A stretch of 63,575 nt of DNA, filler included, from Octopus bimaculoides (Eukaryota): assembly GCF_001194135.2 (NCBI RefSeq). It is 6 parts of 3 records of this genome, joined end to end, with 100 filler letters (N's around TTAATTAATTAA, not from the genome) between each part and the next. Parts side by side here need not be neighbours in the genome. Positions count along the whole stretch, not along the records: positions 1 to 15,495 come from NC_069000.1; 5 more parts are not named here. One strand, given 5' to 3'. The notes beneath the pieces are model-generated. The model was given only the letters and a program-made list of their open reading frames with translations, did no database searches and had not been told where the DNA came from. The position numbers and the translations under genes are program-made. Shown here one piece after another: positions 1 through 13,204 of the stretch. Positions within the stretch are counted from its first letter, which is position 1. Each line of letters starts with the position of its first letter.

Positions 1-558
1 TATATATATATATATATATATATATATGTTCGTATAATTGCTTGATTTATATATTTGTGCTTTGTGCACCTAATTCCACTAATGATGTAGTGGATACAGA
101 GACAAAATGTTATGTATTATTGCTCGTGTCTGTGTCTTCAATTTGTTTTCTGAAGTCATTAGCAACAAATTTTCGAGCAAACCAGTCGCTAACAACAAAG
201 GCAGAAGTGACAAGAGTATTAAATAAATGTAATGGATGATTAAGCGATGACTCCTACAACGCTTCTCTTAGTCCCCCCCCCTTGTGTTATTTCGGTAGAT
301 ATTTCTATTGCTAATAATTTCGACAACAAAACTACACCTTATTAATGTGTTGACATATGAAGTGGTCCTTTATAGGAAATGCTCTCAAAAATGTGTAAAC
401 ACTATTTGCAAACATTAAAATTAGAAATAATGTTATTAACGGACAGAGGAAAATGTAAAATAGTTGAAAATGTAATAGATTTCTAATGATTTGATAGTTT
501 TGCGTTTTCCTTGTGTTTGTTTCAGCTCCATTTGAAATTTATGTATTTACATAAATAG

Positions 559-776
559 TACAGGGGTGCTGAAGAGTTTCTAGCTTTAAGGGTATTGCTA
601 AAGTCCTGGATGGAGCCCGAATCTCTGAATTATTTTACAGGGCTTAGAAAAACTGGAACACAGCTGCAATAAGTGCGTGAATCTTAGAGGAGAATGTGTT
701 GAATAAATTCATAATTAACTGATCCTCCTATATTTTCTTTTACCCAAAGCCAGGAACGTTTCAGCACAGCCTCATA
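559..776 (+). mobile_element. Mariner-derived MITE
   Basis: Imperfect ~29-bp TIRs (tacaggggtgctgaagagtttctagcttt / aaagccaggaacgtttcagcacagcctcata), TA ends, and a relic GLEKLEHSCNKCVNLRGECVE like the mariner transposase C-terminus. Confidence 0.7.
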
Positions 777-3452
777 CAAGGGTAGATAGAGATATATGTG
801 TAGGGTTTATTTGGAAACAATTTTGTAGAACTGACAACTGGAAAATATCGCTAAAACTGCCGAAGAAAGCAGGCAAGTCTTTTACATATCATACCTTTAA
901 GTGAAAGCTCTACTGAACAATATAGACGTAGAATGACCTAATAATTAAGAAGTTAACTTCACAGCCACAGGTTCCAGATTCGATCCCATTGCGTGGAAAA
1001 CCTGTATAAATGTCATTCTTCTTATCCTTCAGTCGAATCTAATTTTGTTAATGAAATAAGGACAACGAAATATGTAGCATAGAATCCCACCAGATAAACT
1101 GTACCTGAAATGCAAAACTACCGGCTTATCACAAACTGATTCATACTGATTCTACCTGAGAATCACGTGAAAGGGAAATATGTCTATAGAATATTCATAT
1201 AGTCGCAGGTTAATTCAGTGAGCAGAAAATTTACTTGCTTGAACAAATCAATATTCATCGTTGAACCGGAAAGAAATCATTTAATATTTAACAATATAAT
1301 AACTGGAATTACCACAACTCAAACACCTCTGCTCGGGCATATAATATTATAAGAAAAAAACAGCCGAATTGCCTCAAATAATCTTCATTTCAGTGTCATT
1401 TATATTATATATATATATTATATCGTTTGCGACAAATTACGTAAGTTTCATGTCAGGAGAAAGATGTCTGGCTTAGCTCAAGTCATGCCCTGGTCATCTT
1501 AAAACGGTAATTTTCAGGTTTTTGATAAGAGTAGCACCAGAAAATGTGTTACTAGAGAGTAATGCTTTCTTTTGTTAGAAAAGGTTTAAACTCAGTGTAG
1601 TAAACGCGAGTTACCTTTTACAACATAAAAACTATTTTCCTAAATAGTACAAAAAGTATTTTGAAAGCATATAGTGTTGTATTGAACTAATTCGAGTATT
1701 TACACGCATTATTGGTGCATGAGTTGAGGATGGTTGAAGTATTTAAGTATATTAACACCTTTTCTTAATGGGTTATTTCGATACTCCAAAATGTAGATTT
1801 TCAAAGTATAGATGTATGCATTAGATACTTGTATTTAGCATCTTTGTGCACACATTTAAATATACAAATGAAGGGCTAGCTAAGAGAATACAGTCCCCTA
1901 AGGACATACTTTCTAACTCGTTAAGATAAATCTTTATTGATGCATACATCTTGTTTAAATCTAAATTCTGGAATTCTGGAATTCAAATGGCTCTTCAGCT
2001 TCAGTAGCATGGATATTTTTTTCTGCTATTCAAAAGTTGCATATTTTTATCCATTCAAGTTCAACTTTGATCTCATATAGGAAACTTATTTGATATGAGT
2101 GATTTGGTAAATTCGTGACATGTTTTGTCAGTGTGCCTGAATGATGAATCGTTTTTACAAAATCATATTTTTAAGTTACTTTCGCGATATACCAAAGTAC
2201 TTTTCTTATTGGCCATTTTATTCTGTGTGCATCAGATGACTTCGACTTGAGATCTTAAGATGGGCCGAGTAAGCATGATTCAACATTTTCGTCCACTAGA
2301 TCAGGCATATATACCTTCTTAGACTATATTATATGTTATACATACACGCATACACATACAAAAACACACACACATGTATATATATATTATATGTGTGTGT
2401 GTGTGTGTATGTATGTATATGCATATGTAGATATATGACTGTATATANNNNNNNNNNATATATATGCATATATATACATGCATAAAGGAATAAATATCGA
2501 TTTAGATATAAATATAGATATGTATGCATATATTTATGACTGTATGTACATATGCACACACACACATACACAGATATACATATACGTTTTTGTTATATAT
2601 TTCCCCAAATGCGTTTATATATGGATGGAAGTAATTGAAAAAGTTATTCGTTCTGAGCGCATTTACACCTCACGTGTTCTTCAGACTTTTTATTCTTTGA
2701 CTGGTTTTCGTCGCATAAATGTCAGTTACAATGTCTTACACTGTTCTCTAAATGTTTGTCATTATGCCTGAGTATAGTTAAAATTATGCAGAAAAACATT
2801 TTTCGTGCCAGAAGCCATAAGACAAATTCTTGCATTCCATTAAGTGGCTTATAATTTTGTGTCAAAATGTATTTATTTGCCAAGTAAATATCACATTTTT
2901 GGCTGCTCTAGTAGAAGCTTTCGTAGACTCCTTGCAGACGGTTTTATTGCACTATTGTTTTCGGCCTTGTGTTCTGATGTATTCATTGTATTTCGTCTCA
3001 TAGAACGAAATAATGAGATTTTAAGCAATGGATTTTGACTGTATTTTCTTTAAAGATGATTTAGTATGCTTTGTTACCGATGTTTATTGTTAACCATTCA
3101 TTATAAAGTGGGCATTAATTCCAATTATTAACGTTAAGCGTGGCTTCTGATGTCGACAATTCTGGTTATATGCTATGACTGTGTAGCATTTCCTATGCAG
3201 ATCTAGCTAGCCTTTACTTTGATCAGGATAAATAAATTATAACATTTAGAATCCACACAAAGTGTTTATTAAGTTGTTCAAGAGGTTTTTATCACAATGT
3301 GAGTATGTTGTTCTCTACTACAAAGTGAGATAAACTATAATACATTTGTATTGTTTTCTCCTGATTATAGATCGTTGTGTTTGGGTATGAAATCGATTTT
3401 GTCTTCTATAGAAAGATACGTTTTCTGATTTATATTTTCCTTCTCTTTACAG

Positions 3453-3588
3453 CGGCAAGCTGGTATTGAATCTGTACAGCGTCAGAATATAGTTCAGACA
3501 TTAGACCGTGGTACCTTCACTGTTTACCGCCAACCAATTGCCTTAGACCGTTTGATAATGCACGAATTGACTCCATCAGAATCAATGT
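3453..3588 (+). CDS. PLEKHG7: RhoGEF PH-domain exon (RQAGIESVQRQNIVQTLDRGTFTVYRQPIALDRLIMHELTPSESM)
   Basis: Pyrimidine tract plus AG at 3451-3452 and GTAAGT donor at 3589. 136 nt, phase 0 to 1. The motif TVYRQPIALDRL resembles PLEKHG7 TVLDQPIPLDRL (recalled). Confidence 0.75.
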
Positions 3589-3790
3589 GTAAGTCTTGAA
3601 TTATAATATTGCATACGTAATTACAAAATCTACCTAACATTATAATTTTTTTTAGGATGTCGTCTTTTTAGTTCCAAGTTACTTTTCAACAAATGGACCT
3701 ACGACCATAAGGTATTTCAACCATAACCAACCGGTTATTTCAATCGTGCAGGGGTTAAGAATCGTACTCTGCAATTTGTTATTCTGTAAG

Positions 3791-4026
3791 AGGCGGCGAG
3801 CTGGCAGAAACGTTAGCACGCCGGGCGAAATGCTTAGCGGTATTTCGTCTGCCGCTAAGTTCTGAGTTCAAATTCCGCTGAGGTCGACTTTGCTTTTCAT
3901 CCTTTCGGGTTCAATTAAATAAGTACCAGTTATGCACTGGGGTCGATATAATCAACTTAATCCCTTTGTCTGTCTTTGTTTGTCCCCTCTATGTTTAGCC
4001 TCTTGTGGGCAATAAAGAAATAAGAA
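3791..4026 (+). mobile_element. Octopus-type tRNA-derived SINE family A (ggcggcgagctggcagaaacgttagc...)
   Basis: Near-identical copies at 28039-28266, 37780-38421, 45135-45345 and 56380-56496. Contains the B-box-like GAGTTCAAATTCC. Confidence 0.8.
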
Positions 4027-5805
4027 GCTGAAGTAGGATTTCATTCATATTTTGCTGTTATTTCAAGAAGATGGTCTGACACATTATGCCAGTATAGGTA
4101 TTTTTGACGTGGAGGTGCGAAGAAGGGGTTCAGATATCAGGTCCATCGTGTAATAATTTAGCAGAGAATTTATCACTAATCTATATATTCACATTGTTAG
4201 ATAGATCATTCGTATGCTAAATGATAATTAGGTAAATCTAAATTCCCCAATATTCTCTCTTTCTTTCTCTCGACCTATCTCTACGCCAGGCTCCTCCTCT
4301 TTCCTATTATTTTGTCTCTACATTTCTATGTCTTTGCTTGACCTTTAACTTGACCTTTATTTCAGAAACTCCATATTTATTTTAAAGTGGATATACAGAA
4401 ATACATCTGATTGATACTCACTGTTATATGAAGACACAACTTTTCTATACCTTTCTTGCTACTGCAATTATGTATATTGTTTCGAGAAATTATCATATAT
4501 CATATTGTCTTTTTCTGGTAAAATATCTAATAATTACTCTCCATGTATTTTTGTGGTGGAAGTTTTAGTACTTCGTGGGAGAAAGAAGGCTTTGATTAAT
4601 GATTTTTTTTTTGCTCTTCTCAACATCAAATGGTGGAGAAGCTTTTGTAAATGAAACGTGAAAAGGTATTTTAACCGTCCATCTCTGTATATTTATGGTG
4701 CAAATTGTTCAATATCTCTTACCTAAATATCACAATTTATGCAAGGCACAGAACCTTAACATTCGTTTCACTGAGAAACCATGACATATTAAAAACTCCT
4801 TCCAGCTTTAAACTGACGAATATTACTTAACTGATACTCTATATAATTACACCATTCCTAACACCTTACTGATTAACGCCTTACTGCATTGTGTCTCCTC
4901 AACTTGATGACTTCACCATTAATGCTTACACTATCTTTTGTCTTTAAGGCCATATAACTGGGAAAATGCACTAGCTACGCTACTGTTAAATTGAAAACAC
5001 CCCAGTAAATCCCCAGTGACCATATTTTCTCGGCTTAATGTTCCCATTATCCAATAGCAGCGAATCTGTTCCATAGTCAGTTTATCTCCTTTTTGCTTGT
5101 TAAGAAATATAAATGAGCATAACTGAACTTCGTTAATAAGTATCGATTACTGTACATGACTGGCCTGTATATGCGTCTATATTTAACGGAGATTCCACTT
5201 CGTAACTACCTACACACACTCATATACACACAGGCACACACATAGGCACACAGACACGCGCGCGCGTGCGCAAACACTTACACGCACACACACACACACA
5301 GCCATATGCACAAATCATACTCACTAATACGGAAACACACGTACGTTCCAGTTTATTGACAGCCATTATGAAACTACATCAAAGAAACCAAAGACAGATT
5401 GACTTTTGAAATACGGTAAAGCATTTTATTTTTCAAGTATATATATGTAATATATATATTCAAAGCTTACGATTCATTTGGCACCCGCTTTAGCGTTAAC
5501 ACTTCCCAATAAATATCACCAACGCCGTTATAACGTCTGAAATTACACAACGCATCATACATCAATACATTTTTACCCTTTATGTTTTTATTGTATTATA
5601 TGTTCTGCTTCCAACACCACTACTGTGACTGCCCCAAACATCTCTCAGATCATGCAGCTGCATTAATATGAAGCACAACAGAGATGTTTATTATTCGGGA
5701 TCTGTTATTTGTTTTTAGAATTCATTTCGTTTACTTTTNNNNNNNNNNTTTTTTTGTGGGGGTGGGGGGGCGTAAATTTATAATTTGTGTATTTGTCTGT
5801 GTGTA

Positions 5806-5837
<32 letters not shown>

Positions 5838-6228
5838 TGTGTTTGTGTGTGTGCGTGTGTGTGTTGTGTATGTATGTGTGTGAGGGAGAGAAATTGCGAG
5901 AGAAACAGAGAGAGGGGAAGAGAGAGAGAGAAAGCGGTAAAGAAAAAGAAAGAAAGAAAGTAAATATCGGCTGGTCAGAAATCGGCCATGTTACATGAAA
6001 TAGACTGTATATACGAAAAAAGACTGCACAACAGAAGATATATCAAAGGGTATAGATTGAATATTATCTAAGGGTAGTGACGTGAGTTTAGGGTAGACTG
6101 TTAATAAGGCCGTCTTCCAAGCATGTATGCACATACGCAGGTGCATGTAGATATTTATTCATAAATACATATGTGTTTATACATACGATATACACTTATC
6201 TATATATTTTATATTAATGCATGTAGAT

Positions 6229-6273
<45 letters not shown>

Positions 6274-6281
6274 TGGTGTGT

Positions 6282-6324
<43 letters not shown>

Positions 6325-7515
6325 CCAATATACATACCACTGGCTGCTAAGAGGGACTGCGGACAGGCTCAATTTGCTGTTATTACTGTAACTTTCATTT
6401 TAGCCCCAGTTAACTCTATGATAAAATACATTTTCGCCGTGTCCGTCTTATCCATATGTGCAGCATTCCCATGATCCCATTAGCTAACGTATGTTGTTAA
6501 AGGGTTATGGTTTGATTTATGGTACATTCAGCTACTTTCAACTTGCCGAGCAAATACATCGAGGCTCTTTTATTGGCTTCAACAGAGATGGCGGTTGTAT
6601 CTGAATGATAAAATGAAGCAAAAATATATTTAAAGCGGGTTTGTGTTAATACAGAACGAATTTATTCAAATTCGAAATTTATTTCTTTATTGCTCACAAA
6701 AGGATAAACATAGAGGAGACAAACAAGGACAGATAAAGGGATTGAATCGATTACATCGACCCCANNNNNNNNNNNNNNNNNNNNNNNNNNNNNNNNNNNN
6801 NNNNNNNNNNNNNNNNNNNNNNNNNNNNNNNNNNNNNNNNNNNNNNNNNNNNNNNNNNNNNNNNNNNNNNNNNNNNNNNNNNNNNNNNNNNNNNNNNNNN
6901 NNNNNNNNNNNNNNNNNNNNNNNNNNNNNNNNNNNNNNNNNNNNNNNNNNNNNNNNNNNNNNNNNNNNNNNNNNNNNNNNNNNNNNNNNNNNNNNNNNNN
7001 NNNNNNNNNNNNNNNNNNNNNNNNNNNNNNNNNNNNNNNNNNNNNNNNNNNNNNNNNNNNNNNNNNNNNNNNNNNNNNNNNNNNNNNNNNNNNNNNNNNN
7101 NNNNNNNNNNNNNNNNNNNNNNNNNNNNNNNNNNNNNNNNNNNNNNNNNNNNNNNNNNNNNNNNNNNNNNNNNNNNNNNNNNNNNNNNNNNNNNNNNNNN
7201 NNNNNNNNNNNNNNNNNNNNNNNNNNNNNNNNNNNNNNNNNNNNNNNNNNNNNNNNNNNNNNNNNNNNNNNNNNNNNNNNNNNNNNNNNNNNNNNNNNNN
7301 NNNNNNNNNNNNNNNNNNNNNNNNNNNNNNNNNNNNNNNNNNNNNNNNNNNNNNNNNNNNNNNNNNNNNNNNNNNNNNNNNNNNNNNNNNNNNNNNNNNN
7401 NNNNNNNNNNNNNNNNNNNNNNNNNNNNNNNNNNNNNNCACCAGAAGGAATTGGACGAAATACCGCTATATATTATATATATTAACACGGTATATGTTAT
7501 TTTGCCTCGTTTCAG

Positions 7516-7613
7516 CGTGCGGTTTAAAAAACACGTTTATGTTGCTGCATATCAGTCGATTTCAACAGGTGATTGGAGTTTATACTCTCCAGGCTTGCAA
7601 TGAAACTTCCAAG
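7516..7613 (+). CDS. PLEKHG7: RhoGEF PH-domain exon (SCGLKNTFMLLHISRFQQVIGVYTLQACNETSK)
   Basis: TTTCAG acceptor, GTAAGA donor, 98 nt, phase 1 to 0, in frame with both neighbours. Resembles PLEKHG7 GLRNAFLIQHENRYRQCIAAFLLQA (recalled). Confidence 0.8.
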
Positions 7614-8096
7614 GTAAGAAAAAAAAACTATTCTTATATGCATATTCGATAGATACGTCTGTGTGTATGTGCGTGTGTTTGTGCATGCGGTAGTGTGTGT
7701 GTGTGTGTATAGGTTTATATATCTATAAGTGTGTGTGCTAACAAACTATATCATTAAACAAAGTGGCGTGACTGAGTTATTTGTAAGATCGATAACCTTG
7801 CCTCTCTCCACAAGTGCGCGATGTGGATAACATTTGACGCCATAACGTGCATATCTGATGGACATACTGTATGAATCATACGTGAAACTTGGAGTCATGA
7901 TGCACGACTTTTACTTCTTCAATTTTTAGTATGATCGTTGTACATTAGATGCATTCATTAGACACCCATATTAAAAGTCTTCATAAAATTTTTCGTAGTT
8001 GACGGTTTTATTTGTGGAAATCACAACCAATCAAATATATATGTGTGAGTGTCTCTCTCTCTCTCTCTCTCTCTCTTTCTTCTTCTCTCTCTCTCA

Positions 8097-8180
<84 letters not shown>

Positions 8181-8199
8181 GTATATATATATATATATA

Positions 8200-9262
8200 T
8201 ATAAATTCAATAATAGGATGAATTGTTTTACAAGAATTTATCAAGTAGCTAGCGTGAAAAAAACCTCATAAGGGAAAATATCCATCATTTATTCCCAAAA
8301 TATATATTTATCTATATAAGGGCATTACTATACAATAATGCCTTACGCTATGGAGGACTCTAAGGTCAGACTACCATAAAAAACACATTTTTACCGAACG
8401 CGAGGAAATGCAACTCTCAAAGCCAGCCCCTTAAAAACAGACTGAATTATAGATCATGATTTCGCATTTATTGTAGTATTATACAACCTCTACTCGTTAG
8501 TATAATATGGTCAAAATAAAGAGAAGTAAACAGAAAATCAACATACCAAACGAACACCGTGTATCCAGTAAAGTACATAGAAGACTGTTTATCGCTATTT
8601 ACCTATATAAGTGGCAGGGATTTCGAATTGCATCTCGGTACATGTGTTTTTTTCAGAATAAATTCAGCACTGAATATATTCTTGTTATATATTTCAATTC
8701 AATAATAGGATGAATTCTTTTACAAGAATTTATCAAGTAGCTAGCCTGAACAAAACCTCATAAGGGAAATAATCCATCATTTATTCCCGAATATATATAT
8801 ATATAATAATGCCTCACGCTTAGAGGGACTCCATAAGTCAAAACTACAAAAATAAGCACATTTTTACTGAGGGAATGCAACTTTCAAAGCTAATCTCCTA
8901 AAAACTTTTAACTTAACGGTAAACCAATGGTTTCATAATTAATGCAGTAAACTGCATCTTTTATTCATCAGTACACGTATGGTCAAGGCACATAAGAATA
9001 AACAAGAATCAACATACCCTGACGAACACTCCATGTATTCAGCATAGTACATAGACGATTGTTCATCCCTATCTATCCGTGAAAGAGGCTGGCTTCTTTT
9101 GGTAGTTTTGACTTATGGAGTCCCTCTAAGCGTGAGGCATTTTTGTATAGTAATGCCCTTATATAAATTAAATTATATATATTTATGGAACAAAATGATG
9201 TTTTTTTTTCCTTATGAGATTTGTTCACGCTAACTACTTGATAAACTGTTATACATTTTTAT
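8200..9262. mobile_element. Foldback element with a tandemly duplicated left arm
   Basis: Two ~490-bp direct copies start near 8200 and 8695, followed by an inverted copy of the arm at ~9100-9262. Confidence 0.6.
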
Positions 9263-10099
9263 CCTAATACTGTATGATATATATATATATATATATATAC
9301 ATTCGAAAATCAATTCTATTCAAAAATATAGCTCGTTTTCCTGTCAAAATACAATAATAATAATAAAATGAATGTATATATATCGACTAACAATAAATAT
9401 CAAATGAATNNNNNNNNNNNNNNNNNNNNNNNNNNNNNNNNNNNNNNNNNNNNNNNNNNNNNNNNNNTATATATATATATAACTATAATCATCATTATAT
9501 GTACTCGCAGAAATACCGCTCTCCGGGTTGTTTTTTGCTACTCACTCGATAATTTTTTCACATTTGATTCCCAATTCTAATAACTTTTATAATATTTTAC
9601 GTCTAATTAGTTCTTTGTATAATAGTGCTTAGTATAATAGTGCTCAGCAGTAAATACTGGTTTCATTATTTTATCAGTCATAATCCCTCTTTTTTAAAGA
9701 GTCAATCTGTTATATATATTTATCATTAATAACTGGCAGAACTGAAATATGTGTGCATAGATAGAGAGATAGGTAGATAGATAGATAGATAGAGAGATAG
9801 ATAGATAGATAGACAGACAGATAGAGAGAGAGACACACACACACATACACAAAGCTTTGGTGCTGTGAGAACACATGGGAATGACGTTTCCTTACTTTTT
9901 CAAATATACCCAAAAGTAAAATGATCTAATATAACGATATCATTCATTCGGCATGTGTTGAAATATGCCAAAGCAATTTAATTCCACACAAATATATGCT
10001 ACTTTACATATAATTAATTTGTGTTAATTCTATTTACTGAAACTTGCTAAAAATCATATTTTGCTTTAAAGTAGTATCTCCTTGTAGACACAATTGTCA

Positions 10100-10900
10100 G
10101 TAATCATACTATTTCCATTTCTCATCCAATATTAGCCTTCTTTCGAACTCTAGATAATGCAACCTACAGCTGACCATGTGAGAAGAATTGTCTCGGAAGA
10201 TATATTCCAATCTGTTCAAAAGTCTGTCCCTCTGCCTTATTGCACGTCAAGACAAAAGCTGGCTTGAGAGGAAATTGTTTGCATGTAAATGGAAATGGAA
10301 ATTCCATCTCTTGAGATACATGTGGTATTCTTGGGATTAGCAGAGTTGATCCCGCACAAGGACCAGAAGCAACCTTAGCCTCAATAACATGATCATATAA
10401 ACTGACAATGATGTAGTGTGTGCCATTGCAATGTCCATTAGTAGCATCTACATTTTTCAGAAGCATTATGCATCGTTTTTTCTTCAGTTTGAGGATGTGT
10501 GCTGTAAACTCTGATGGTATTAGCATGTTGATGAACTCGATTGAGTACAGAGTTTCATTATCAGCTGTATCTGAGCCTCTGTATAGTTTTAACTTACCAG
10601 GGATCCTGGCCAACAGAAAATCAGTCACAAAATGTGCTGTTTCATTTGTTGTAGCAATGGTGGTTCTATTTGCAAGCCACACAGGGATTGTGAAGTTATT
10701 TTTGAGATCAACACATACAAAATCACTTAGATCTGAAAGAATACCACTTTCAGGTCAATGGTTATCGGGTAGTTTCATTTTGAATTCACCTAAGTTTGGT
10801 TCAACAGAAATGTTACCATTTCGTACATCAAGAAGGTAATTAGCAAACTCTCTTTCATCAGAATGACCTTCTATAAGAAATCTTAGATTGGTTTGTCAAC
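10100..10900 (-). mobile_element. Helitron PIF1-like helicase C-terminal relic
   Basis: IMLLKNVDATNGHCNGTHY, QFPLKPAFVLTCNKAEGQTF and FSHGQL*(V)ALSRV helicase motifs, with an internal stop. Confidence 0.9.
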
Positions 10901-11959
10901 TCCACAACTTCCACATAATCGCAAAGAAAAGATCTTTTTAGTGTTGCATCAACAATTTGTGATCTGACACCATTATTTTGTGCAGTGGAAACACAATCAT
11001 GTCTACGTCTCGGTGCATATTCAGGCATCTGATTCAATCTCTTTGCCCTGGTTTCCTCTGATTCAGTTGCCCGTCTTTTTCTCTGCCATTGTGCCTTTGC
11101 TGCTAAATTTTCTTTTTCAGTCGCATATTACATATAAATGAAAGTTCGTTAAAAACTATCTTGTTCAGCGTGCTAGAAATAGCAGCGACCACATAGTTAT
11201 TATTGTAAGGCTTATAGAGTTCCAAATATCCATACCAACAAAATGACTTCTTCATTAAAAAAAAAAAAGAATTTTCATTTTATCAAAAATATTCATTTTA
11301 CAAACTCCAGAAACTGATAATATTCTGGAAATTGTGCCTCGTATCAAGGTTACACAGCTATTTTGTGTAATAGCATGCATTCATTCAACACAAAATCCCT
11401 TAAAAATTATACCGGTATATTAAAAATATTCACTTCATCAAAAATATTCATTTAACAAACTTCGGAAACTGATGATATTCTTGAAATTGTGTTTCGTATC
11501 AAAGCTATAGAGCTAATATTAAATTATCATTAATGAAAACAGATGCGAGCGAGAATTACAAATTGTCGCAAATACAAACATAAAATTTTGCCTGCAACGA
11601 ATTAATAATGTTTACTATTAAACATTAAAATCTACTCCGCAGTGAATGCAATGGATATTTAAATTTAGGAAGAATTGAACGCAGTGAATCCAATGAATAT
11701 GTAAATTTGCGAGAATTTGGAGTTTATAAATCAATAAAATTCAGAAATCGAAATTATATGCAATTTCTTAGAACATGAATTTTTTTACAGACAGTCAAGT
11801 TGTAATATTCCTTCCTTTTATAACTTTTAGTAAATGTTACATACCTTATTAATAAGCAGCCTTCTCCATTATAGTATAGATATGATATATATATATATAT
11901 ATGTATATGTTCGTACTTATAGGCATATGTGTATTATACATACGCGCACGCTGAGCGCG

Positions 11960-12010
<51 letters not shown>

Positions 12011-12484
12011 NNNNNNNNNNNNNNNNNNNNNNNNNNNNNNNNNNNNNNNNNNNNNNNNNNNNNNNNNNNNNNNNNNNNNNNNNNNNNNNNNNNNNNNNNC
12101 ATGCATATATACATGCATACAAAATACACAATACACACACACACACACACAAACAGAAGAGAAACCGCCCTCAAAAGCCATTACATCTTCAAAAAACACC
12201 AGCAACCGAAAGATCTCAAAAACAGAAACAACAACAGATCTTTGTGGCTAATGTTAACCTGTAATCAATATTAGTGAATTTTCTAGTATTATGTTTATAA
12301 TAGTTTTGCTTCCGCGCAATATAACATTTTAAATTTAAAACTTGTTTTTTATCCCTCTGTTGTGTTTTATACATCTGTTGCAATTTGTGGAGACTGGTTT
12401 TCTCTTCAATGTTTTTAAGAAATTTTGTTGTTTTTCTTCTCATTATCCTTAATATTAAGCTTATCATTTGATTTTATTCTGCAG

Positions 12485-12682
12485 AGCCAATGGCTGACAT
12501 CATTGAAAGATGCCAAAGAAAAGTACGCAGATAAACACGGGCAAAACCCAGAAAACAGTGACAGAACCAGTACAGAAGCAACGTCACTACGGTCTGAACC
12601 GTCTTCGGAGAAATTTCCTGATTGGACATCGCTGAAATGCAATCATCCCAAGTCGAAATCAATGGACGTTGTGCATTTCTGA
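12485..12682 (+). CDS. PLEKHG7: Terminal coding exon up to the first stop (SQWLTSLKDAKEKYADKHGQ...SMDVVHF*)
   Basis: TTCTGCAG acceptor, phase 0. Supplies the PH C-terminal helix Trp (KSQWLTSL). TGA at 12680-12682. Confidence 0.75.
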   Translation, partial: SQWLTSLKDAKEKYADKHGQNPENSDRTSTEATSLRSEPSSEKFPDWTSLKCNHPKSKSMDVVHF

Positions 12683-12907
12683 CAATTACCACCCGCTGTT
12701 CAGCGAAATCAAGGGAAGCCGAACAGCATTTTCTACCAAAAGCAATTCCCTGATCCAATCGAAGAAGGAAAAAACACACCCGAAGAAATGGATGTTATCT
12801 CTAAGTTTGATAATATTGACGGAACGGATTCTGAAACCAAAAACGTTGCAATAGACGAAAGTGAACAAAAAATTAGTATTGATAAAGAGGAATCCCGTGA
12901 AATATGA
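12683..12907 (+). other. Putative readthrough extension, 74 aa (QLPPAVQRNQ...KISIDKEESREI*)
   Basis: Same frame stays open for 74 codons after TGA-CAA-TTA until TGA at 12905-12907. 17 of 74 residues are D/E. Confidence 0.5.
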
Positions 12908-12994
12908 ACGGCCATTATCGTTATTATCACCATATTAATAATATAAATAATATGGATAATATTAATATGACTATTGATAACAATAGTATCAGCA

Positions 12995-13080
<86 letters not shown>

Positions 13081-13159
13081 NNNNNNNNNNNNNNNNNNNN
13101 NNNNNNNNNNNNNNNNNNNNNNNNNNNNNNNNNNNNNNNNNNNNNNNNNNNNNNNNNNN

Positions 13160-13204
<45 letters not shown>

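Noticed and set aside
2081-2106. Possible 26-nt upstream PLEKHG7 micro-exon (NLFDMSDL)
   Set aside because: The phase is compatible, but the splice signals are weak and I see no recognisable homology.
12680-12682. Selenocysteine recoding of the TGA
   Set aside because: No SECIS is visible in the AU-rich 3' region, and RhoGEFs are not known selenoproteins.
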